From Octopus sinensis (Eukaryota): a stretch of DNA of 64,000 bases. The translations under genes were made by a program, and so were the position numbers. The notes under the pieces were generated by a model that saw only the letters and a list, made by a program, of their open reading frames with translations, was not told the DNA's origin and searched no databases. Positions 26,180-38,225 of this stretch are shown piece by piece. Where the stretch lies: contig NC_042997.1 of the NCBI RefSeq assembly GCF_006345805.1, positions 137,702,001 to 137,766,000 on the forward strand, read 5' to 3'. Position 1 is the stretch's first letter. Each line of letters begins with the position of its first letter.

Positions 26180-26730
26180 TGGGAATACTGGTGGAATATC
26201 CTAGTGAAAACCTCAATAAAATGTAAACATAACAGACTTGATATAGTTATTTGGTACAGAGAAGAGAAACTCTGTGCACTAGTAGAAATTAGCTGCCCAG
26301 CAGATATGAACATAACGCTAAAGATCAGAGAAAAAGAAAATACCTACGTTGAACTACAGAGAAATCTGCTGTTACAAAATTACAAGTTCAGGTTCATACC
26401 TGTAATTATTGGGGCACTGGCATCTGCAACACACTTCAGAAGTTAGTCTTCTCAAAATCAGAGAGGAGAAAGCTGTTTCAGAGACTACAGATCCAAGCCA
26501 TCACTGGAACTGTAAACATTTGTAAAACTTTCCAGAAATTTATCATTTATGTATATATACATATGTCCAGACAAGCAATCATATGCATAAGAATACATAC
26601 ATAACATACAAATCTGCACATATACATACATTCACACAAACAAAATTACTCTGTTGATGTTGAAATTCCAGTGAAGGAGCCTTGGATCTTGGTTAGAAAG
26701 TGGCTCCTTCACTATTGGCAAGAAATCTTG
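26180..26730 (+). mobile_element. RLE-type (R4/Dong-like) LINE 3' end, endonuclease remnant plus 3'UTR
   Basis: Reads HNRLDIVIWYREEKLCALVEISCPAD.NI..K..EKE...FRFIPVIIGAL, a decayed PD..D/E..K fold. Confidence 0.8.
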
Positions 26731-27107
26731 AAATAAAAAGGAATAATAACATACACACACACATGTACACATACACACACTCATACATACACATACATAC
26801 ATGATTAAAATATACATACATGCATATTTTAAGTCTGTTACTTACTCTTTTGGTTTGTGCTTGCTCAACTGCTAATCTGCAGTTGTCAAGTAGGGACTGG
26901 GGTGAGTACAAAGGCACAGACAGACCCTCATACATCAATATATGCACATTCACTCACAAGGCATTGGTCAGCCTGAAGCTATACTAGAATAAACTTGCCC
27001 ATGCTTGCAAAGAAACCACATGCTTGCAAAGTGAACTTCTTAGCCACACAGCCATGTGTCCATGTTTGTATGCATGATATATGATATATATATATATATA
27101 TATATAT

Positions 27108-27427
27108 AAAAAGGAAATGAAGAAAATGCTGACAAAATAATTTAAGTAAGGGAGAGTGTATTTAATTAGGTGAAAGTTCTTTTTACCGGTTGCGCATTTG
27201 TTATGCTTATCAAAAGATGTTTTTTTAAGAGAGATAGAGTTCCTTTCTGATAGATTTTTTTCTCAGATAAGAGAAAAAAATCTATCAGAAAGGAACTCTA
27301 TCTCTCTTAAAAAAACATCTTTTGATAAGCATAACAAATGCGCAACCGGTAAAAAGAACTTTCACCTAATTAAATACACTCTCCCTTACTTAAATTATTT
27401 TGGCAGCATTTTCTTCATTTCCTTTTT
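27108..27427. repeat. Near-perfect palindrome, 157-bp arms, 6-nt loop
   Basis: 27108-27264 is the reverse complement of 27271-27427 with one mismatch (27132 vs 27403). Confidence 0.95.
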
Positions 27428-27463
27428 TTATATATCACAACTCGTGTTCCACATCTCCTTTTT

Positions 27464-27500
<37 letters not shown>

Positions 27501-28276
27501 CAAGCAGAGATACCTTGCCTTGCTCAGGATTAAAAGGGCATAGTTTTTTTATTGTCTACTTGTTTCAGTCATGTGACTGCAGCTATGCTGGAGCATCACT
27601 GTTGGTCGAACAAATCAATCACAGGATTTATTCTTTGTAAGCCTAGTAGTTATTCTATCAGTGTCTTTGCCAAACCGCTAAGTTATGGGAATGCAAACAT
27701 GTATATAAATACATAGTGAAAGTAATTGAAATCAAAACCATATAATAGTGGAAGTATTATATCACATTACAAGAGAGATGTTATTGTTTCACTTTTGACA
27801 TGTAATACTAATACTAAAACAATGTAAGAGATAAGAGATTGCTCCAGGCTTGCATTGGGCAAGAAGTTAAAAAAATTTTGGGCCCATGATACTCCATGTG
27901 TAAAATTTGTGTAAAATTTGAATGAAATCAGTTGTGTAGTTCTTGAATTTTAGTGATGCACACTGTCAGACACACAGACAGACACACACACATTCTCAGT
28001 TTTATATATATAGATATATAGATATATATACTCATATGTGTATATATATATGTTTGTGTGTGTATGTATATATATATATAGACAGATAGATAGATAAATA
28101 GATAGATAGATAGATAGATATAAATATATATATTCACATATGACATGTATGTATATTCGTTGTGTGTTTGTGTGTGTGTGTGTGTGTGTGTATACATACA
28201 CATATATCAAGAGGTAATCTTTATATTCAACTTAACTTGGATGTCTTGTTAGAATGTCAAATATTGCATTATTAGC

Positions 28277-28498
28277 CTTGAGAGATCCTCTCATATAGGT
28301 ACTTGGTGCATAAAAGCTTGCACAAAGATCGTAGCAGATGAGAATCGTTTGTCATGGTTGCCAGAACTCTCATATCACATGATTACATTCTATTGGAAAT
28401 CATCATCAGTGGAAAGCATCCAGTCACACAAGCTAGTCTGATATAATCTATGTGTGTGCTTTTATGCCCCATGTGCCTATATGAGAGAATCTCTCAAG
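28277..28498. mobile_element. MITE with about 48-bp TIRs (possibly PIF/Harbinger-like)
   Basis: cttgagagatcctctcatataggtacttggtgcataaaagc pairs with gcttttatgccccatgtgcctatatgagagaatctctcaag; TTA trinucleotides sit near both ends. Superfamily assignment is tentative. Confidence 0.65.
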
Positions 28499-28849
28499 TT
28501 AGAACACTTGGTATTCAGTGTTCTAACATGACTGCAAGATAGAAACAGAAAAAAACAAAGAATTACTTCTGGTATTTTGTTTAGTTGTGGTTATGTCCCT
28601 ACACACCTTCATGCTTTTCAACTTTTCTTGTCATACCTTATGAGTAATTGGATCATTATTAAAACCTTTGGAAGAGCTGTCCCAGTGTGACTATAATCCA
28701 ATGACTGAAACTAGTAAATGAATAAAAGAATAACAATATTTATTTCATAACAATTTCCAATCAGATCTCTTGGGAAAAATTTGCTAATGTTTTTTTTTTC
28801 TTTTTTAATTTTTTGCAAATTAATGACTTGCTGTTTAATTTATTCAAAG

Positions 28850-28936
28850 GCTGTATGCATTAAATGTGGTGTAGATACCTTCAACAGCCAAAAGACACCA
28901 TTATGGTTATGTAAATTATGCAGTGAGAGCAGAGAG
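28850..28936 (+). CDS. RPH3A: Rabphilin/Noc2 exon 4, Zn finger second half (AVCIKCGVDTFNSQKTPLWLCKLCSESRE)
   Basis: Acceptor ttcaaag, donor GAG|gtaaga, 87 nt, phase 0-0; the WLCKxCSE motif completes the 8-Cys finger. Confidence 0.95.
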
Positions 28937-31254
28937 GTAAGACTTGCTTTGTATTTCTTGAAAATCTTTGGGAGTACATATTTGTTTTACTGGAATTAGG
29001 TGCCTTGTGTAAAGGTTAGAAAAGTGACAAAAATGGTTCATGAAAAATACCTTTTAGAAAGTTCTAGGAATTTATTGATGAACTATAGTTTATTTTTTGT
29101 TCTCCAATTTTTCTTTACATTTTTTATCATCTCAAAAATATTTATTTAAAAAAATTTTTTAATCATGTTTTCCCTTTCTTTTCCTTTGTTTACCTTAGCT
29201 TTCAATTTTTTGCTTTTTTTCTCCCCTTTTCCCCTTATTTCTTTCACTTTTTTTACTATCTCTTATCTTCTCTTTGCAGTTTGCCTTCCCTTCTAACCCC
29301 TTTTCTTTGTCTTTTAGTAATAGTCCCATAATCAGTTTTCTTTTATTTGAGATACCAGCCAGAGAGGTTTCATGAAAACCCTTTTATTTACATTTATTCT
29401 CATCCTTCTTGGCAGTCTCAAGACATTATGAAGTAATGTTAAATTTATGTTAGCTTCTACAAAGGCAATACATTTACAAACCTGACTTGTGTAGCAATAA
29501 CTACTGCCAATAAACAATCTTATCTTGCACACCAACAAACAAAAAACTTATTTCAGTTGCAAAACCTGCTTTACATGGTGAATAATGGGTCCAAATAAAA
29601 TGAAGTTGCCAGTGATTAGGTAGTGGGTGAGAAGAGGTTGTGTTTTTGTAGATTTCGTTGTCAAAATATTTTCCTTTCTATGCTATATAATTCGTGTTGC
29701 CTTTAACATAACCACTACCTTTACTACAACACTATTACTATAATAACTATTTTAACCATTGTCAACTCTCCATAATATAATACAAATGATAACCCAAAGA
29801 AGAAGTCTATGTAGTCACTTTACCTGTTAGAAATAGATGCTACACCCTGCTCAAATCAGACCCTTAATCTTAAGAACAGCACACATTAGATAAGGCATGT
29901 ACCTCTAAAAGGATGGGAAGCATTTTGTTATAGTCTTTTCAAACACAACTTTCCACGAGTTAAACAACAATCCAGAACCTGTAGCTAGAAATAGTAGCCA
30001 AAACTCCCTCCAATCAGAACTTAATGCCTAAAAAAAAAGAACCTATGGGATAACTTTACCATGCATAAAGATTGGATGGTCATAGCTGGATGTATGAGCA
30101 TAGGTAGGTCTGCTAGGTCTAGTTGACACAGGGCTAGTTTGATATACAAATTAGTTTGATATACAAATTAATTTGATATATAAATTAGATAAGTTTCATG
30201 TTCAAAACTCACTTTATAACTTCTGCTGATTAAAAATATATGTATACTAATGTTTTGAGTTTTATCTCTCCTGCTTGTACTATTAAACTTGATATACAAA
30301 ATTAGAAATTTGATATACAAAATTAGAAACTTGTATCAGGCATACTCTGCCAACACTTCTCCAAAGTATCATTCTTTCCTATCTGCAATATGGACAGCTT
30401 GTCATGAAAAAGAAACTTCACCAAACTGTTGATATGCTTATTGTGATCTTCACAATATTAAGGACTATCTTAATCAATTTTCTTTGAAGCTGAGAAGTTT
30501 TTACAATAAAATTTGTTGAAAGTTCAGAAAGCTTTTTCCTACATGTCAGGTAGATACTACTTAAGCATTTAATAAAGTATATCTAGTGAAGTATATCCAC
30601 CACAATTACTCACTCACTTGTGTACTAAGTCAAAGTAAAAGACGTCTTCATTCAATATCAATCTCCATTCACATACTTACCTGTTAAGTATTTTCTCTGT
30701 TCTTTTAGCAATTATTGTTACTACTGTTATTATTACTGCTTTTAATGTTTATTCTTGTCAAACTCATTCAACCATAAGACAAAACACCTTGCAATATTTA
30801 GTTATGATCAAAGGCAATGAGCTGGCAGAATCATTAGCACGCTGGGTTAATGTTTGTCTTTATGTTCTCAGTTCAAATTCTATTGAGGATGACTTTGCCT
30901 TTCATCCTTTCAAGGTCAATGAAATAAGTACCAGTAGAGCACTGGGGTTGATGTAATTGACTTATCCTCTCCCCTGAACTTGCTGGTCCTGTGCCAAAAT
31001 CTGAAACCAATATTTAGTTATGATCTCCCAAAGTCTTCTTTACTTTTCATCTTTACTGAGTTGTTAAAATAAAGTATTAGTTAAGTACTGGAATGATTTA
31101 ATTAACTATACCCATTCCACACATATGAGGCTTTGTACCTTCTTCAGAATCAATATTACTACTAGTAATATCTTCACTCCTTCAAAGTTTTAAATTCTAT
31201 GCTACTTTCCTTTTTTCTTCATTGTCTAATCAACTTATATCATCACATAGATAT

Positions 31255-31482
31255 TTAACCCTTTAATATTTAAGCCAGCCATATCCAGCCAAAATATTCT
31301 ACCTGCTTTATGTTCAAACTAGCCAGATCCAGCCTCTTGTATCTACCCTACAATGTAATTCTAAAAATAAATAATATCATCAGGAAAATCTCAAAGCTAT
31401 GAAATAATGCAGGATTAATTCAAATCCATATGAATAAATAAGCATTACATTTGACAGGGTACTCTGAATACTAAAGGGTTAA
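31255..31482. mobile_element. piggyBac-like MITE, family 1
   Basis: Ends TTAACCCTTTAATATT ... AATACTAAAGGGTTAA; internal sequence is homologous to 59665-59892. Confidence 0.78.
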
Positions 31483-32615
31483 TCCTTCCTATCTGGATCA
31501 AGGGCTGAATCCATCTTTGGTGATGCATTTCTTTTAGTTTCTAAGGAGCAACAAGTGAAAACATTAACTATACTGATCTTACCCAGCTGTCTAATTTTAC
31601 CATTTTTATTAACTCTGGATATGCTATGGGTTCATCCTCACTTCACAAACAAATAATATAACAAGCAACAACATGATATAAACAATTTGCCTATTCAGCT
31701 AAATATTTCAAATGGAACAGTAATTAAAATGGCCTTTGCTTGTGTTCTGCTGTTAAGCATTGTTTAAACGCTGATCTTATCCAATCAATATAAGTGCAAT
31801 GATGGTTGATTTCGATAATAATCCAACTATAATTGCAATTTGAATTTGATTATCTTCAGAGTTTTCTATGCCACATATAATTGACACCAATTACAATGAT
31901 TTCCATTTTATTATTAAAGCATCAAATATGGTTTGCTACTTCCTCTATTGATATACTAAGAGCTGCTTTTAGTGGAGCAAATATTGGTTTATCATATTTC
32001 CTTTTTCTGGGACTAAATGCGGTTCTGAACCAAACATACCTTTTCCTCTATGTTTCTTTTCTCTAGAGTTGATACAATAATTATCGTAAATATAATGAGG
32101 TTAATTCAATTACTGTTTCCTAATACAAAATGTAACCTATGACAAAAGCAGTAATTTTCTCACTGACTGGTGGGCATTGTAGTGTGATACTCACTCTTTC
32201 ATCAATCTTCTATGTTATCCTATTTTCTTCACTTCTCACAACACTGAACTGATATCCTCTGCATCCAGCTCATTCCCTATCTCTAATCATCTGTCACACT
32301 ATTTTCACTCAGTGCATTTACCTACACATCCACCTTTTCGGCTCTTCTATTCTATTCTGTCTCATATTCACGTTGTGCCTGGACCTCATGGAAGCAGATG
32401 GCATACCATGTATTCACCTCTTCAGCAAGACACCTAATCCTCTCCCTCTATTATAGCTTCTTATTCCTCCAGTTTATGCTCAGCTCAGATGAGGGGTCTT
32501 ATCTTGCAGATACTTGGTGACCTCACTGATGCTGTTCACCATGTGAAAAGCACCCACTGCACTAGGTATGGCATTCAGCTGTAGAAACCATGCCAAAGCA
32601 GACATAGAACCTGGT

Positions 32616-32869
32616 AAAAAGGTAAAGTTACCTTCTCAAGTCATGCCGACTCATAAGGGCTGGTTTCCTGGATTCCATGGAGTATAAATTCCTCGTCTGG
32701 ATGGGATGCCGGTCCATCACAGGATTTCTCACTTTTTCCAGCTGAGTGGACTGGAGAAACATGAAATGGAATTTTTATGCTCAAGAACACATGTTGCATG
32801 GTCCAGGAATCAAAACCACAACCTTATAATTATGAGTCTGACAGCCTCACCACTAAACCATGTGCCTCC
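32616..32869 (-). mobile_element. tRNA-SINE family E with RTE-type tail, nested in a family C copy
   Basis: Perfect 14-bp TSD ACATAGAACCTGGT at 32602-32615 and 32870-32883. Minus strand shows A/B boxes and ends ...gaaggtaactttacctttt. Confidence 0.85.
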
Positions 32870-35180
32870 ACATAGAACCTGGTTTGTCTGTTCTTGTTAA
32901 ACCATCCAATCCATGCCAGCATGGAAGAAAAGGACATCATATGATGATGATGATGATAATGATGATGATTAGCTCACTCCCTCCATCAAATTGGTGTTGC
33001 CTGAACAGGTGCATGGTGTACCTCACATCAGGTATCAAAGTGATCACAGAGCAATGTGAGATGAAGTGTTTTGCTCAAGAATATAACACACCATCCGGTC
33101 CAGGAATTGATACCACAATCTCATGATCATGAATGCAACACCCAAACTACTTGACCATGCACCCTCACCAGTTGTGTATGTACAACACATACAATTAAAT
33201 AGTGTTAATTGACAAAATAAAGATGAAAGCAGTTTCATTTAGAGAAATTAAGCCAATCTGATATATCTAGCTGTTCTGTTTCTCATAAAGGTATTTTAAC
33301 ATGTCCTTCACTTCCATCAAAGTAAGATCTAAATTTGTGGCTACATACATAGTGTTTGTGTAGATTGTGAATAAGGATGCTTTGTTAGTTTCTGAGATTT
33401 AAAGTTACCACACTCTAGATATTCCATATTTTCTGTGAGGTAACTTACTTTCGAAGAGAAATACACATGCAAACTCCCTTTTTTCTCTGTCTCCTTAAAA
33501 AAAAAAAAATAATAAAAACAGTTACTTTGTATCTATATAAAAGCTAAATATATTTTTGATATTTTCAAATATTGGGAAAGTAAAGTTTGTGGAGATAATA
33601 TGCATTTTATTGAGAAAAATAATTTTAAAAATCTCTAAATCTATTTTAAATATTGGAATCGATTTTTATTTTATTTTAGCCACAAGAGATGTTTTTCTTG
33701 TTTTTATTTTAGTTATATTTTCTTAGAATTTCTATTGGTTTTCCTGATAATGATGTTTCTACTTGGCTCCATAAATAATTAAATAAAATAAAGCTGGTAC
33801 AGATTTCATCACTCCCAACACACTCCATTGGCTCTCTCTCCCTCTCTCATAGAGAGAGAGAGAGAGAAAGAGAGGGAAATCTTTTGACTTGATTTTCAAG
33901 GATTTGAAACAGATTTTTATTATTTTTCTAGCCATAATTATTTTTTTGCCTTCTAATTTTATATTTCCAATAGGAATTTCTGTCAATTTACTCTTTTTTT
34001 AAAAAAATGTTATTTTATTATAATTTTTGTTTCCTTCATTTGATATTTCTGCTTGGCTCAACAAATAATCTAATGAAATCAAGTCATTCCATCTATTGTG
34101 TATCATCAGAAAGCTACAATATTTAGAGAGAGGAAAAAAAATTAAAACCTTGCAGGTTTCAAGTAATCATAGTGTTTTGAGTGTCACTTTGAATACAAGA
34201 AAAAAAGTGGGGGTAGAAACCCACTCATACCACAACTACTACCACCACCATGACCTTATTCTTTCTTTCATCTGCATTTATTACTATTTTATTTGCTCCA
34301 TGAATGACATATAATGTAATATTCATAAACATAGTAAACTCCTGGGAGAAATTCTAAAGTTTCACAAAGTTTTGAGATTTCAATCTTTAATACTAACTAA
34401 CCAAGCTAGTACTGGGAATTGGAACAGAACTGAAATAAATATTTTGTATCAACATTTCTATAATGAGTGAATTCTATGAGGATTTGATTTTATGAAAAAG
34501 TTATTGAGTTAATGGTCTGTAGTGGAGCAGGGAATTATGGCTAACATTTCTGTATCAGCGATAGAAAATATATTAAGTTTACTAATTTATTAGCTTTGTC
34601 TATTGGGAACATTGTGTATCATGATGAGGAAGCAGATGAAGTGTTGTCTCATTAGTGAACTACAGGTATTGAAGTTGGTAAGGATTCATTTGGCAGTGCA
34701 GATATAATCTGTACTATTGAATGCTCCAGTAGGGTAAAAGCAGTGAAACATTGTCTGAGAATACAGAAGACTTGGGAAAATAAAAGTATGATAGATCATA
34801 GTGAAGTATAGTAGATGATAACTGTCAAAGTAGGTGTAGTTTATTGGCAATTTGAGCAGTATTGATGGACACTGGGGAAAAAAACAAAACTTTAGTAATA
34901 ACTAGAATAATAGATAACCAATGAAGCATAATGTAGGATAAATGAAATTGTCCCTAGTCTTGATTTAATAGACAAAGTAAGTTGGGGAAAAAGAAAAACA
35001 ACTAAAAGGAGCTTGTTTTGTACAATCTATACTACCTTGCCTACAACATTTTTTTTTTTTTTTTGTCATTTAATTTTAGAGTTTTACTCTGTTTTTTACA
35101 TCCACCGAGTTAGATTTTTCAATTTGTTTATCAGTTTTCCTTTGCCATTTTAGAATTTTTTAAAATTATCATTTATGTAG

Positions 35181-35385
35181 GTATGGAAACGATCTGGTGC
35201 TTGGTTTTTTAAAGGAATTCCAAAATATACAGTTCCAAAACATCACCATGAAGGTGGCAAGTTTTCTTCAAATGCAAGAAACCAACTAGAAACTTCAGCT
35301 CACCAGAAAGGTCGTTCTGGATCATTTCGCAGTTATAATACTTGGAGCAGAGGACGGCACAATGGCAACAAGGAAGGTTTTGGAG
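35181..35385 (+). CDS. RPH3A: Rabphilin/Noc2 exon 5 (VWKRSGAWFFKGIPKY...SYNTWSRG...)
   Basis: Acceptor atttatgtag; SGAWFF Rab-specificity motif. Open frame to two phase-1 donors (after 35376 or 35385), so the 3' end is uncertain. Confidence 0.88.
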
Positions 35386-37519
35386 GTCAGGCATCATCTC
35401 ACATAATCTGAAATGTTTCTACCTCAATTCTTTCTCTCATGATTTGTTCCTGTGAAGGGTTTAAGATATTATTATGTAAAAACAGAGTTGGTACTAGATA
35501 ATGGAAGGCAAACTATCTTAGACATGATGCAAGAGCTTCCTAGAATGTCAGCAACTGCTTTTAGCCATAAAGATCAATTCAAATAATTTTGACAGCTTTG
35601 ACTACGTTGAAGATATATGGTTTCTAGATTATTATTATTACCAGGATTTATATGTAACAAAAGGTTTCTTTGGTTAGAGATAACTCAAAAACAACAGCTA
35701 TAAAATCACAAGAGTTCTAATAGGTATGGTAAATATATAGAAGGTAATTTTGATGAGCAGTACATATTAAGATAAGTGTGGATATGTCACTAGAATTAGC
35801 TAGTGATAGTCTGCACCAAATTGATTGAATTAAATAGCCACAAGAGAATATATGAAAGTCAAAAGCAATACATAATATTCTCAGGCAGCAATTGAACTAC
35901 AAATTCTCTGATGTACTGACAATCACACTAATTAACCAGTGCAATGTAATCAGCCTATGTAAAACAATTTCTATTGACAATTATCACATTACTCGTTTGA
36001 ATTGTATTAGCTAATACACACATATCTACATATATGAGTGCATGCATTCATGTGTGCATTTCTACTCATATTATGCGCTGTGTCAGTCTCAAGTTTCACT
36101 GACATTTTAATAAGTAGCTATCTGATATTACAGTTAGCAGTTTGGAAGGGAGAAGAAGTAAGTCCAGAGAAATTGTTAAATAATAATGAAACTGATCAGT
36201 CTGATGCTCATCCCAAGCTGTTGCAAAGTCTCCTCATGGGCATAATTCCACAGTGTGACTATATGGATATGACCTTGCATATTTATCTGTTCACAACCTA
36301 CACTATATTGGTACTCTAGTGATTATTCTCAGGTTATCTATCTTGTACCATTATACAAATGAGCTGCATCAGTCATAAGTTTTGCTTCTAGCTCCTGCAG
36401 CTAACTATTGTTTGCTGTTTAGTGGCAAGAGGTGATTCCTAATGAAATGTTAAATAAAAATGAAGCTAGTTGGTTTGATCTTCAAGTCCAATTACTAAAG
36501 GACCATGAGAGCCAAGAATAAATGCTGCTCAATTAAATACATGTAGATGATTTCTTATATTGATTTAAAATGCAATAGTTTCCATTCATATTGTTTTGTA
36601 CTAATCTCAGCGTATTGTTTTATGCAAATCTGGATATTTGCATATTGTTGGAGTAACTGTTTTGCTAGGGCTATCTGTTTTATTGTTGGATTTCTTTTCT
36701 AACAATAACCATCCAACCATGAAATTGCAATTCTTTTTAGTTAGTTATTCTATGGCAAGCAGAGTAACATGCCTTGTTTAAGAGGCTTTTTAATATTATT
36801 ATTTTATGAGACATGCATTAAATTATCAAATATATCTTTTTTAAAAGCATGGTATAATTAAAGCAATTTTTTAAATTCATAACCTTTGTTGTTGGTAGCA
36901 CCTTAACCAAATAGTATCTTAAAAAATATGAGTCATTTAAGAAAAAAGAAACTTTTCATATATTTACACCTTGGTGTTTGTAGTTTCCATATTTAGGTAT
37001 ATTGATGCCAACTTATTTGTAAAGGTGGCTCTAATATGTACAGTGCTTTGGATATAGCATTTGTACGAATGTTCATGATTTCAAACATGTTATGTTCTTG
37101 ATTCTGAGTAGATGATGATGACCTCAAATGGATCATATTCCTTAGTGAGCTGCCAAAATTTTTAACGCATCAGACAAAATGCTTAGTGGTATTTCTTCCA
37201 TCTTTTACATTCTGGGTTCAGACACCAGCTTTGCCTTTCATCCATCCAGGGTTGATAAAATAAAGTATCAATCAAGTACTGGAGTCAATGTAATTGACCA
37301 ACACCCTTCCCCTAAAATTGCTAGCTTAAAAGTTTTATTGGGATACTGATGATCTCAAATTTTTGACATTCATATATTTATGTAAAAGTCAGAGATCACT
37401 GCTAAAAATTATTTAAAGTCAGTTTAGATCTCTTTTGCAGTCCTTGGATATTGTATTTCATTTAAGTATGAATGTATGCAATTTATTTTGTTGTAAGGAA
37501 TTTATTTTGTTGTAACTAG

Positions 37520-37588
37520 GAGAAAGCAGTGGTCAAGATGCCTCAAGCAGTTCTGAAGATGAAGTGAGCATTGGAAAACGCACAAAAG
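37520..37588 (+). CDS. RPH3A: Rabphilin linker exon 6 (ESSGQDASSSEDEVSIGKRTK)
   Basis: Acceptor ttgtaactag, donor AAG|gtaaat, 69 nt, phase 1-1, open, acidic/Ser-rich. Confidence 0.8.
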
Positions 37589-37802
37589 GTAAATAGATAA
37601 CTAAGCACTGACTAGCCAATAGAAAGTGGCTTGATTGAATAGTGAAATTTCAAATTTGATACAATTCACATTGACAAATTACTTCTGTAGACTTTAACCA
37701 AAAAATAATCTGGTAAAAGAAGTACTTGCTGCTAATGCATGTTCTGTTTAATGTCATTTTGCATTTGGCAATAGCAGCAGATTTATGGATTTTTTTTTCG
37801 TT

Positions 37803-38225
37803 AATCCATTCATTCATCCATCCATCTATTTTCTCTGCTCGCTATTTCTGGGAGAGTCATATGGGCAGTGTACTTGAGCACCTCGTCCATAGGGTCCTAT
37901 TAGACTTCCCTGTTGGGTTCCCAGATTTGATCAACTGAGACTATGTTTATTATCCAACCATCTCATTCTTGGTCTGCCCTTAGGTTTCCTGCCTGTTGGC
38001 TTGGCTTGAAGAATCTATCTTGTAATTCTTTCCTGTGACATTCTAATCACATGTCCATAGTACTGGAGTTGTGACCTCTCAGTGCTGAGAATTAGCAGTT
38101 TGACCTGGAGAAACTCCCTGATATTCAAGCTATGCAACTTGTTAAGTAACATTATTCCTTGAGACCTTTCAGAGGAACCTCATTTCAGCTGCTTGTATTC
38201 TCTTTCAGTCATTACTCAACATTCA
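37803..38225 (-). mobile_element. RTE-clade LINE 3' fragment
   Basis: Minus strand reads LQYYGHVIRMSQERITR*ILQAKPTGRKPKGRPRMRWLD, followed by a (GGAT/GAAT)n tail. Confidence 0.75.

Noticed and set aside
30135-30330. Short 17-21-bp tandem repeats (ttgatatacaaa(a)ttag)
   Set aside because: Simple local slippage duplications with no further structure.
31790-31862. Possible hammerhead on the minus strand (CUGAAGA...GAAA)
   Set aside because: Stem II is out of register and helix I cannot form.
36038-36319. 93-aa ORF as a full exon
   Set aside because: It is not in the frame that joins exons 5 and 6 and has no suitable donor at its end; only the 24-nt microexon candidate is retained.
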